Below are positions 43,410-52,255 of a stretch of 64,000 nt of DNA, in pieces. The notes beneath the pieces were generated by a model. That model was not told the origin of the DNA. It was given only the letters and a program-made list of their open reading frames with translations, and made no database searches. The position numbers and the translations under genes are program-made. Source of the stretch: an uncultured Acidobacteriota bacterium (GTDB taxonomy: Bacteria; Acidobacteriota; Vicinamibacteria; Vicinamibacterales; 2-12-FULL-66-21); NCBI GenBank assembly GCA_963725145.1, contig CAVRXL010000003.1:142369-206368 (forward strand), in the 5' to 3' direction. The first letter of the stretch is position 1. Every line of letters begins with the position of its first letter.

Positions 43410-44786
43410 TCAAATATCCCAGACCCGATCGCCGTCGTAGAAGGTGATCATCCCGTCCTCGCTCACCTTCAGCACGGGGCCGAAGCGGGCCGCGGCGACC
43501 GCCGCCGTGGTCCGCGCCCCTTCGATGACGAGGCTGGCGTCGGGCACCGTCGGATGCATCAGGATCGCGCCCACCGCGAGGAGGGCGCCCGAAGGGTCCA
43601 TGACGGTCGCGCCATCCATCGTCGCGAGCGCTTCCAGGACCGTGCGATCGAGCGTGGTGGCCATGCGGCCGGCCAGCAAGTACAAGAGGTCGCGCCGGGA
43701 TGGCGACGTCCGGGCATCCACGGATTCGGCCATGGTGTCGAGGCGATCGGACGGCGCGACCAGCTGCGTGATGGCGGCTGCGGGATCCCGCAGGATGACG
43801 AAGAGCGCTCCCTCGCGCGCGTCAGACAGGTCGAGCGCGGTCTGAAACAATCGTCTGGCGAGCGCCGGCTTCCCGACCGCGTTCTGCCACAGCGTGTACT
43901 TCGCCTCGAGGTCGAGCAGGTGCCACTGCGCGTTGCGGAAGGTGAAGACCTGCGCCCCTTCCGCGAACACTTTGATCTCGTGCGAGGGGCTGAGGACGAT
44001 GCAGGCCTCGCCGCCGTCCAGCGTCGCGCCGGCGTGCGCGCGATACGGCACGGCGCAGGGAACCTCGAGAGCCCGACGACCGCGCTCGCTCGCCCATCGC
44101 TGCACCTCCACGATGTCGAGGACGACACCGTCGCGGTTCACGAGAAACAGCGTGTTGAGCCCGTCGCAGAGCCGGTAGAAGCTCTTGATGGCGGTCAGCG
44201 ACTGGTTGTACGCATAAGCGCCCGCCGGCACGTCCCGATCCGGGTTGACCGGGTCCCGGCGCCCCTCGAGATGAAGGACCCCTGACGAAATCGCTCGGTT
44301 TTCGTAGCTGGACAGGGCGGCCACGCGCAGGACTTCGATCGCGTCCGAGAGCCGATCCGCGCGCCCCTCTTCTCCCTGCAGCGCGTACTGCCCGCCGTCG
44401 AGGAAGGTGCCGATGTACCGATCTTCGATCGCGCCACGGAACAGATCGCCGCGCAGCGCCATCACGCTCGGGTCGAAGATGGCGCGGTACCGCGTGGCGA
44501 GAACGGCCCCAATCGAGCGCGCGAGGCGGACTTCGTGCTCGGTGAAGGGCCTCCACGGCGGGACGCGAAGAATATGACGGCTGCCGAACCACCGCACCGT
44601 CAGCTCGGCAGGGTCGTTCGTCGGCTCAATCGCCAGCCGGCCATCGGAAGAAATCGACGGCGTGGGCTCGCTCTCGAACGTGGCGCGCGCGAAGAACTGC
44701 CGCAGCGCGGCCTGCAGCAGGTTGTCGTAGAGCGCGCCGGCGGCGAAGGCAGGCGGAAGCGCCATCCGCCCGTATGATAGTTGCAT
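43410..44786 (-). CDS. DisA_N (diadenylate-cyclase-fold) domain protein with a large N-terminal region of unknown function
   Basis: The C-terminal ~150 aa aligns by eye to the DAC core: GALFVIL, DGATVMD, GARTTAA (in place of GTRHRAA) and VSEDGMITF. The start is ambiguous: ATG at 44786 or at 44765. Confidence 0.5.
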   Translation of the reverse strand: MQLSYGRMALPPAFAAGALYDNLLQAALRQFFARATFESEPTPSISSDGRLAIEPTNDPAELTVRWFGSRHILRVPPWRPFTEHEVRLARSIGAVLATRYRAIFDPSVMALRGDLFRGAIEDRYIGTFLDGGQYALQGEEGRADRLSDAIEVLRVAALSSYENRAISSGVLHLEGRRDPVNPDRDVPAGAYAYNQSLTAIKSFYRLCDGLNTLFLVNRDGVVLDIVEVQRWASERGRRALEVPCAVPYRAHAGATLDGGEACIVLSPSHEIKVFAEGAQVFTFRNAQWHLLDLEAKYTLWQNAVGKPALARRLFQTALDLSDAREGALFVILRDPAAAITQLVAPSDRLDTMAESVDARTSPSRRDLLYLLAGRMATTLDRTVLEALATMDGATVMDPSGALLAVGAILMHPTVPDASLVIEGARTTAAVAAARFGPVLKVSEDGMITFYDGDRVWDI

Positions 44787-44819
44787 TTGGTGGCGCACGG
44801 ATTCAGCCGTGCGAACGAT

Positions 44820-47399
44820 ATGCGCCGCGACACGCTCGTCGACTACTTCGACAGCTTCGCCGGGCTCGACGGGCCGTTCATCGCGCACGACGACGGGTAC
44901 CGGGTCCGGACGTATTCGTACGCGGACATCGCGGCGCTGGCCCGCGCGTTCGCGCGGCAGCTCCGGAGCCACGGCGTCGGCAAAGGTGAGACGGTCGTCG
45001 TCTGGAGCGAGAACCGCGCCGAGTGGATCGTCGCGCTCTGGGGCGCGGTGCTCGAAGGCGTCGTGCTGGTTCCGATCGACTACCGGGCGTCGGCCGACTA
45101 TCTCAAGCGGATCGCCGAAAAGGTCTCGGCGCGCGTCGTGCTCGTCGGCCAGGAAGTCGATCGCGCGGCGCTAGACGGCGCCTTTCCGATCTGGCCGATC
45201 TCCGAGCTCTCGGCCGAACTCCCTCGAACCCAATCGAACCAAATCGAACCTCCTCGAACCCCCTCGAACCCGATCGAACCGACGAATGTCGCCGAGATCA
45301 TCTTCACGTCGGGCGCCACCGCCGATCCGAAGGGCGTCGTCATCACCCATCGCAACATCCTCGCGAACATCGTCCCGATCGAGCGCGAGGTGATGAAGTA
45401 CCGGAAGTACGGGCGCCCGTTCTTTCCGATCCGCTTTCTCAATCTCCTGCCGCTCAGCCACATGTTCGGCCAGGCGATGGCGACGTTCGTTCCACCCATG
45501 CTGCCAGGCGTCGTCGTATTCATTCACGGCTACAACCCCCACGAGATCGTCAAGCAGGTCAAATCGCGCCGCGTGTCCGTGCTCGTCTGCGTGCCGAAGG
45601 TGCTCGATGTGCTCCGCGATCACGTGCTCAGGATCGTGCCCGAGGCCGCGGAGACCACGAGCCCGTCCGGGCACTGGCTCAAACGCTGGTGGCGCTATCG
45701 GCGCGTGCACCGGCTGTTCGGCTGGAAGTTCTGGAGCATCGTCGTCGGCGCGGCGCCGCTCGATCCCGAGCTGGAGGCGTTCTGGTCCAGGCTCGGCTAC
45801 GTCGTTGTCCAGGGCTACGGGCTGACGGAGACCGCGCCGATCGTCACGCTCAACCACCCGTTCCGGACGTCGCGCGGCACCGTGGGGGCGCCGATTGCGG
45901 GCGTCGAGGTGAGAATCGCGCCCGACGGCGAGATCCTCGTGCGCGGCGACAACGTCACGACCGGCTATTACCGCGCGCCGGACGAGACGGCGCGGGCCTT
46001 CGAGGACGGCTGGCTCCACACGGGCGATGTCGGCACGATGGACGCCGAAAAGCGACTGACCATCCGCGGACGCAAGAAGGAAATGATCGTCACCCCGGAA
46101 GGGTTGAACGTGTTTCCGGAGGACGTGGAGCGCGCGCTCGAGGCGCAGCCCGGCGTGAAGGAGGCGGCGGTCGTCGGCGCATCCGCGACAGGCGCCGCGG
46201 TCGAGGAACGCGTGCATGCCGTGCTCGTGGTCGAGCCGGGCGCAAACGTGGAGGCGATCGTCGCCGCTGCGAACGCCGGCCTCGAGGATTACCAGCGCGT
46301 CCGTGGCGTCTCGGCCTGGCCCGGGCCGGAGCTGCCGCGCACGGAGGGGACACGCAAGCTGAAGCGGCGCGACCTGCAGCGCTGGGTCGCTCAGGGATCG
46401 AGCGCGGCCGCGGCCCCTGCCCGCGCAAAAACCGTCGAGGACGTCGTGCGCCGGTTCGTCGGCGGGCGCGACATCCTGCCCGACACGGCGATCGAGGCGC
46501 TCGGCTTGAGCTCGCTCGAGCGCGTCGAGCTGATGATGGCGCTCGAGGAAGCCTTCGCGACGACGATCGACGAGGCGGCGTTCGCGGGCGCGAGAACCGT
46601 GGGCGAATTGTCGGCGCTCGTCGGAGGCCAGGGGCCGGAGGCCGGAGGCCGGATATCTTCCGACACCCGGCTCCCCGCCCCCGGCACCCGACCTCCGGCC
46701 TCCGTCCCGGAGCCGATTGACTTCCCCTCCTGGAACCGATCGCTCCCCGCGCGCACGATTCGCCGGCTCAGTCTGCCCACCTGGATTCTGCCGATTGCGC
46801 GCATCTTCGCCCGGATCCAGGTGGATGGACGGGAGCATCTCGAAAGGCTGACGGGGCCGGTGCTGTTCGCGGCGAATCACCAGAGCCACATGGACGCGCC
46901 GGCGATCCTCGCGGCGCTTCCTCCGCGGTATCGGTACCGTCTGGCGCCAGCGATGGCCAAGGAGTTCTTCAAGGCGCACTTCTTCCCGGAGCAGTTCGGG
47001 CGCCGCGCCTGGTTCACCAACAGCCTCAACTACTATCTGGCGGCCCTGTTCTTCAACGCGTTCCCGCTGCCGCAGCGCGAGGCCGGGGCCCGGCAGACGC
47101 TGCGCTACATCGGCGAGCTCTTCGGCGAGGGCTACTCCGTTCTGATCTTCCCGGAAGGCCTTCGGACCCAGGCGGGGGAGATCGGGGCGTTCCGGGCCGG
47201 CGTCGGGATGATCGCGTCGCGGCTGGGGGTGCCCGTCGTCCCCATCCGCCTCGATGGGCTCGACAAAGTCCTGCATCAAAAGGCGAAGATGGCGACGCCC
47301 GGGCCGGCGCGTGTGGCCTTCGGCCAGCCGCTCCGCCTCGAGGGAGATGATTTCGCCGCGCTGGCGCGACAGGTCGAGGAGGCAGTCAAACGTCTGTGA
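44820..47399 (+). CDS. Tri-domain fusion: acyl-AMP/CoA ligase, acyl carrier domain and PlsC-type acyltransferase
   Basis: Adenylation motifs FTSGATADPKG, GYGLTETAP, WLHTGDVG and GRKKEMI. Carrier motif LGLSSLERVEL. Acyltransferase motifs NHQSHMD (HX4D) and FPEGLRT. Confidence 0.85.
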   Translation: MRRDTLVDYFDSFAGLDGPFIAHDDGYRVRTYSYADIAALARAFARQLRSHGVGKGETVVVWSENRAEWIVALWGAVLEGVVLVPIDYRASADYLKRIAEKVSARVVLVGQEVDRAALDGAFPIWPISELSAELPRTQSNQIEPPRTPSNPIEPTNVAEIIFTSGATADPKGVVITHRNILANIVPIEREVMKYRKYGRPFFPIRFLNLLPLSHMFGQAMATFVPPMLPGVVVFIHGYNPHEIVKQVKSRRVSVLVCVPKVLDVLRDHVLRIVPEAAETTSPSGHWLKRWWRYRRVHRLFGWKFWSIVVGAAPLDPELEAFWSRLGYVVVQGYGLTETAPIVTLNHPFRTSRGTVGAPIAGVEVRIAPDGEILVRGDNVTTGYYRAPDETARAFEDGWLHTGDVGTMDAEKRLTIRGRKKEMIVTPEGLNVFPEDVERALEAQPGVKEAAVVGASATGAAVEERVHAVLVVEPGANVEAIVAAANAGLEDYQRVRGVSAWPGPELPRTEGTRKLKRRDLQRWVAQGSSAAAAPARAKTVEDVVRRFVGGRDILPDTAIEALGLSSLERVELMMALEEAFATTIDEAAFAGARTVGELSALVGGQGPEAGGRISSDTRLPAPGTRPPASVPEPIDFPSWNRSLPARTIRRLSLPTWILPIARIFARIQVDGREHLERLTGPVLFAANHQSHMDAPAILAALPPRYRYRLAPAMAKEFFKAHFFPEQFGRRAWFTNSLNYYLAALFFNAFPLPQREAGARQTLRYIGELFGEGYSVLIFPEGLRTQAGEIGAFRAGVGMIASRLGVPVVPIRLDGLDKVLHQKAKMATPGPARVAFGQPLRLEGDDFAALARQVEEAVKRL
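45221..45280. repeat. Six in-phase decamers NNNTCGAACC (60 nt) inside the adenylation domain
   Basis: ccctcgaacc caatcgaacc aaatcgaacc tcctcgaacc ccctcgaacc cgatcgaacc. This is the reverse complement of the array type at 24540-24597. It is translated as LPRTQSNQIEPPRTPSNPIEP. Confidence 0.9.
46636..46704. repeat. 15-nt inverted repeat (CGGAGGCCGGAGGCC / GACCTCCGGCCTCCG) enclosing CACCCG-type repeats, in the ACP-acyltransferase linker
   Basis: The arms at 46636-46650 and 46690-46704 match at 14 of 15 positions. The element is translated as low-complexity PEAGGRISSDTRLPAPGTRPPAS. Confidence 0.6.
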
Positions 47400-47435
47400 T
47401 TCAAAGCTTTGCAGGCTTAGCCGGAATGTGGCACA

Positions 47436-47684
47436 ATGTTTGGATTCCAGGAGACAGTCAGGGACTTGAGTAAGGATGATCTAATCGATGTCCAGGGCAC
47501 GGTCGTGGCGGTCCACAGCGGCGGCCTCTACCGCGTCCAATGCGACTCCGGCCACGAAGTGCTTGCGCAGTTGAGCGGCCGAATGCGCCGGTTCCGCATC
47601 AAGGTGGTGCCGGGCGATCGGGTGACCGTCGGCGTCTCGCCGTACGACCCGGTTCGAGGCATCATCACCTTCCGCGCCCGCTGA
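47436..47684 (+). CDS. infA: Translation initiation factor IF-1
   Basis: The S1-like core is DLIDVQGTVVAVHSGGLYRVQCDSGHEVLAQLSGRMRRFRIKVVPGDRVTVGVSPYDPVRGIITFR. The true start may be the TTG at 47466, giving MSKDD.... Confidence 0.9.
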   Translation: MFGFQETVRDLSKDDLIDVQGTVVAVHSGGLYRVQCDSGHEVLAQLSGRMRRFRIKVVPGDRVTVGVSPYDPVRGIITFRAR

Positions 47685-47691
47685 CCCAAGC

Positions 47692-49053
47692 TTGCAGCAC
47701 AACCACACACCATCGAATCAGTCGCACGGCCGCGGCGGCCGCCGGCGGCGAAGCGGGTCCTCCCGCGGGCCGCACCACGGGCACGGGCACGCGCCGCCGC
47801 GCCGCCCGAGGACGTCGACACACCCGGGCGTCGCGCCGCACGAGTGCGACACCAGCCCGATAGGGTTCGCGACGCTGCCACTCGCACCTGAGCTCCTCTC
47901 CGGCGTCCACGATCGCCAGTTCGAGCTGACCACGCCCATTCAGAGCGCCGTGATCCCGATCGCGCTCGCGCGGCAGGACGTGATTGGATGCGCCGCCACC
48001 GGGACCGGCAAGACGCTCGCGTTCCTGCTGCCGGCGCTGCAGCATCTTTTGCACCCCGACGCCGAGGTCCGCCTGAAGGCGGACACTACGAAGATAGGGA
48101 ACGCCGAGGCCACGAAACCTCGGACCCGCATGCTCGTGCTCGCGCCGACGCGCGAGCTGTGCGTGCAGATCGAGGACGACGTCCAGGGGCTCATCTATCA
48201 CACACCGCTGACGAGCGTCGCGATATACGGCGGCGTCCCGATGAACCCGCAGTCGCGCGCGCTCGAGGCAGGCGTCGACATCGTCGTCGCCACGCCGGGC
48301 CGGTTGATCGATCACATGCGAACCGCCGGCGTGAACGGCGTCAGCTTCGACGCGATCGAGATCCTCGTCCTCGACGAGGCGGACCGGATGATGGACATGG
48401 GCTTCTGGCCCGACGTCCGCCGCATCGTTGCGGCGCTGCCGCCGACGAACCGGCGCCACACGATGCTCTTCTCGGCGACGATGCCGGCGGAGATGATGGT
48501 GCAGGCGCACGAGATCACCCGGGAGGCGAAGTACCTGCAGGTCGGCGCGGCCGGCGCTCCAGCCGTGACGATCACGCACACGGTGCACCAGGTGTCGTCG
48601 TCGGGCGAAAAGGTCGAGTGGCTGATCAAGTTCCTGAAGCGGACCGGCGGCCCCGTGCTCATCTTCGCGCGGACGAAGATCGGCGCGGAGCGGCTGGCGC
48701 GCCGCCTGCAGTCGGCGGGGCTCCACGCCGCGTCGCTGCACGCCGATCGGACGCAGCCGCAGCGCACCGCGGCGATCGAAGGATTCCGTGCGGGGCGGTT
48801 TCGCGTGCTCGTGGCAACCGACGTCGCGGCACGCGGGATCGACGTCGACGGCATCTCACACGTCGTCAATTTCGAGGTACCGACCGACCTGGACGCGTAC
48901 GTGCACCGCGTGGGCCGTACGGGCCGGGCGGAAATGACGGGGACGGCCTTGACGCTCGTCGCCCCCGAGGAGCGGCGCGCGCTGGCAGCGCTCGAGCAGA
49001 CGTTCAACCTGCAGATCCATGGCGGACCAGAAAGGTCTGCCCTCCAGTCATGA
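47692..49053 (+). CDS. DEAD-box ATP-dependent RNA helicase with an Arg/His-rich N-terminal extension
   Basis: Q motif (TPIQ), AATGTGKT, DEAD, SAT, ARGID and HRVGRTGRA. The only in-frame start upstream of the Q motif is the TTG at 47692. Confidence 0.85.
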   Translation: MQHNHTPSNQSHGRGGRRRRSGSSRGPHHGHGHAPPRRPRTSTHPGVAPHECDTSPIGFATLPLAPELLSGVHDRQFELTTPIQSAVIPIALARQDVIGCAATGTGKTLAFLLPALQHLLHPDAEVRLKADTTKIGNAEATKPRTRMLVLAPTRELCVQIEDDVQGLIYHTPLTSVAIYGGVPMNPQSRALEAGVDIVVATPGRLIDHMRTAGVNGVSFDAIEILVLDEADRMMDMGFWPDVRRIVAALPPTNRRHTMLFSATMPAEMMVQAHEITREAKYLQVGAAGAPAVTITHTVHQVSSSGEKVEWLIKFLKRTGGPVLIFARTKIGAERLARRLQSAGLHAASLHADRTQPQRTAAIEGFRAGRFRVLVATDVAARGIDVDGISHVVNFEVPTDLDAYVHRVGRTGRAEMTGTALTLVAPEERRALAALEQTFNLQIHGGPERSALQS

Positions 49054-49352
49054 TGCCCGACGATCCGAAGACGTTCATCATTCCGCCGTCGCCGGGCCCT
49101 TCGCCCGGGCCGACAGGACCGTCAACGACGGCGACGTCGGGACCCGAGGCGCCCACCGCTCCGCCGCAGTCGGCGGCCGTCGAGCGGTTCAAGAGCTGCC
49201 GCTGGCGCGCCCAGCCCGAGGATGGGCAGTTCTGCACCCACCGGGACGTGCTGCCGATGGCCGGAAAAGAAGGATTCAACGCCGACGCCTGGTGCCCGGA
49301 TTGCGCCTTCTTCAAGGTGCGTCGCGCCCCCCGCAAACGGCCCGAGTATTAA
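49050..49352 (+). CDS. Small Pro-rich, four-Cys hypothetical protein
   Basis: The ATG overlaps the helicase stop (ATGA). The cysteines are C..(12)..C and CPDC. No family was recognised. Confidence 0.4.
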   Translation: MMPDDPKTFIIPPSPGPSPGPTGPSTTATSGPEAPTAPPQSAAVERFKSCRWRAQPEDGQFCTHRDVLPMAGKEGFNADAWCPDCAFFKVRRAPRKRPEY

Positions 49353-49470
49353 TCGGAGGGCGGGCCGCTCAGCCGGCCGCCCCAAGCCCCTCTAGAGGTT
49401 CCCGGTCTGAACGGCAGGAGACCTCACCTTCGTGCCGTAACCGTCGATCCGCCGGCGAGCAGGCACATGC

Positions 49471-51946
49471 ATGCGTTTCTTCAGGACTGTTCGGTTCGCC
49501 GTCCGGCAGCTCGTCGCGGACCGCGGATTCACCCTTGTCGCGATCCTGACCCTCGCGCTCGGAATCGGCGCGAACACCGCCATTTTCAGCGTCGTCGACC
49601 GGGTGCTCCTGCGCCCGGCGCCGGTGGCCGATCTCGACCGCCTCGCGATGGTGTGGGAGACGGACCGCAACACCGGCACCTCGCGTGAGCCGGCGTCGAT
49701 CCCGGACTACCTGGATTTCAGGGACCGGAGCAGGACGTTCGAGACGCTCGGCGGGCTGATCGCCGGCGAGCTGAACCTGGCGCCTCCCTCCGGCGAGCCG
49801 ATCCGATTGGCGGGGCTGGCGGTCAGCCACGATCTCCTGCCCATGCTCGGCATCCACCCGATCGCGGGCCGTCACTTCACGCCGGATGAGGATCTCGCCA
49901 ACGGTCCACAGGTCGCGTTGATCAGCGAGTCGCTCTGGGAGCGGTCGCTCGGCCGCGAACGCGCCGTCGTCGGCTCGTCCATACGGCTGAACGAACGGCC
50001 GTACACGATCGTCGGCGTGGTCGGGGACGCGGCGGATTTCGGCGTGCTGCAGATCCTGACGCGCGCCGCCTACTCACGCGCGTTCGCTGACCGGGGCACG
50101 CGGGTGCGCGTCGACGTCTGGACACCGCTTCAGCCAAACCCGCAGCGCTCTCCGCGCGACACCCATCCGCTCTTCGTTCTCGGAAAGCTCGCGCCCTCCG
50201 CGACGCCTCGCAGCGGACAGGAGGAAATGACGACCATCACCGCCGACCTCGAGCGCACCTACAAAGACGCGAACGACGGACGCGGCGCCTTCGTGGAGCC
50301 CCTGCGCGAGGTCGTGTTCGGGCCGGTCCGTCCGGCGCTGCTCGTCCTTCTGGGAGCGGTCGGGCTCGTGCTGCTCGTCGCCTCGGTCAACGTCGCGAAC
50401 CTGTTGCTGGCGCGCGGGGCGGCCCGGGCGCGAGAGATCGCGGTGCGCATGGCGCTCGGCGCTGGCGCGCTTCGCCTCGCGAGGCAGTTTCTCACCGAGA
50501 CGGTCGTCCTGTCGCTCGCCGCCGGCGCGGCGGGCGTGGGACTGGCGTTCCTCGGGTTACGCACCCTCGTGGCGCTCGCGCCGCCGGACGTCCCGCGGCT
50601 CAGCGCCGCATCGCTGGATCTCCGCGTGCTTGCCGTCACCCTCGGCGTGTCGGTCGCGGTCGGCCTGATCTTCGGCCTCTTTCCGGTTGCGCAGGCGTTG
50701 CGGGTGGACCCGCTGGCGGCGTTCCGGGGCGAGGGTGGGCGCCACGGATCCGCTGGCCGTCACCGCAGCCGCCTGCGCGCGGTGCTCGTCGTCGCCGAGC
50801 TGGCGCTGGCGGTCGTCCTCCTCGCCGGCGCGGGCCTGCTCATCAAGAGCTTCTGGCGCCTCCAGCAGGTGGACGCCGGATTCACGGCGGAAGGGGTGCT
50901 CAAGGCGGAGTACCAGCTTCCGGTCACGCGGTATCCCAGGGACTTCAAGCTGTGGCCCGACTTCAAAGAGGTGCATGCCTTCAACGACGCGCTGCTGCGG
51001 CGCGCCGCCGCGCTTCCGGGCGTTGACACCGTGGGCATCGCGGGGAGCCATCCATTGGCTCCCGGATTCACCAACTCCTTTGTCATCGTCGGGCGCGAGG
51101 CCGAAGCCAAGAATTGGCCCGAGATCTCGACTCGTAGCGTGACGCCGGGATACTTCCGCACCGTCGGGTTGTCGCTCGTCCGCGGACGGCTCCTCCGTGA
51201 CGGCGATACCACGAACGCGGCGCCCGTGGCGGTCATCAACGATGCGGCCGCGAAGCGGTTCTTCCCGACGAGCGATCCGATCGGCGCTCGAATCGGTTTC
51301 TGGGGTACGGCCCGAACGATCGTGGGTGTCGTCGCGAACGAGCGATTCCACGGCCTGGCCGAGGCGCCGCCGATCGCGGTCTATGCGCCGCTGGCGCAAA
51401 CGCCGTCCCACTCGGGCGTGCTGCTGATCAAAGCGGACAATCCCGCCGCGCTCACGGCCGCGGCGCGCGGGGCGATTCGAGAGGTCGATCCTGGGCTCGC
51501 CGTCTTCGCCGTCGAACCTCTTCAGGAGACCGTCGCGCGCTCGTTGTCCCAGCGGCGCTTTACGATGCTGATCCTCGGCATTTTCGCCGCGCTCGCCCTG
51601 ACGCTCGCGGCCGTCGGCGTGCACGGCGTTCTGAGCTACGGCGTTCTGCAACGGACGCGAGAGATCGGGATTCGGATGGCGCTCGGCGCGCGGCCGGCGA
51701 GCGTGCTGCGGCTTGATCGTGGGTCAGGGTGTGCTTCTGGCCGCAATCGGCGTGGCGCTGGGTCTCGCCGGCGCCGTGGCGCTGACCCGCGTGCTCACGA
51801 CGCTCCTGTTCGGCGTCACGCCCACCGACTCGCCGACGCTGGCCTTCGTGGTCGTGGTCCTGCTCGGCTCGGCTGTCGTCGCGAGCTATCTGCCGGCGCG
51901 CCGGGCCATGCGGGTCGATCCGTCGGTCGCGCTGCGCGTGGAGTAG
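49471..51946 (+). pseudogene. ADOP-family duplicated FtsX/MacB-type ABC permease, interrupted by a 1-nt frameshift near 51712-51715 (or a sequencing error)
   Basis: The typical ADOP N-terminus is [42 protein letters not shown]. Frame 1 loses similarity after ...ASVLRL. The conserved C-terminus [13 protein letters not shown]...[11 protein letters not shown] continues in the +1 frame (ORF 51713-51946). Confidence 0.8.
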
Positions 51947-52010
51947 ATCACGGAGGCCAGGGAGAACACGGAGAGAGACAAACACGGAGACACGGAGGGC
52001 ACGGAGTTTA
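51947..52010. repeat. CACGGAG-rich approximately 62-nt element immediately after the ADOP stop codon
   Basis: atcACGGAGgccagggagaaCACGGAGagagacaaaCACGGAGaCACGGAGggCACGGAG. An inverted copy lies at 54291-54358. Confidence 0.85.
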
Positions 52011-52021
52011 GGCCTCAAACC

Positions 52022-52093
52022 CAGGCCGGTGGCCAGTGGGTCCTGGAGCGCACCTTAGCCTGGCTCAACCAATTCCGGCGCCCGGATTACTAA
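52022..52093 (+). pseudogene. C-terminal remnant of an IS5/IS1182-type DDE transposase
   Basis: Translates to ...QWVLERTLAWLNQFRRPDY*. This matches the conserved C-terminal (R)WVVERTFAWLNRFRRL motif of that transposase family. No upstream transposase body is present. Confidence 0.6.
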
Positions 52094-52255
52094 ACCCGAC
52101 GGCGTTTATCGTGACCTAACGCCTTGCGCTTCTGCTGCGCGGCCTGATCAGTACCTCGCGCGAAGAGCGCCCGCAACCCGAGGCCGTGTCAGCAGCAAGC
52201 ACTTGTTACGAAGCGACACCCGGAGTCCCTTCAACGCGTGGCGCATCCTCTTCCG

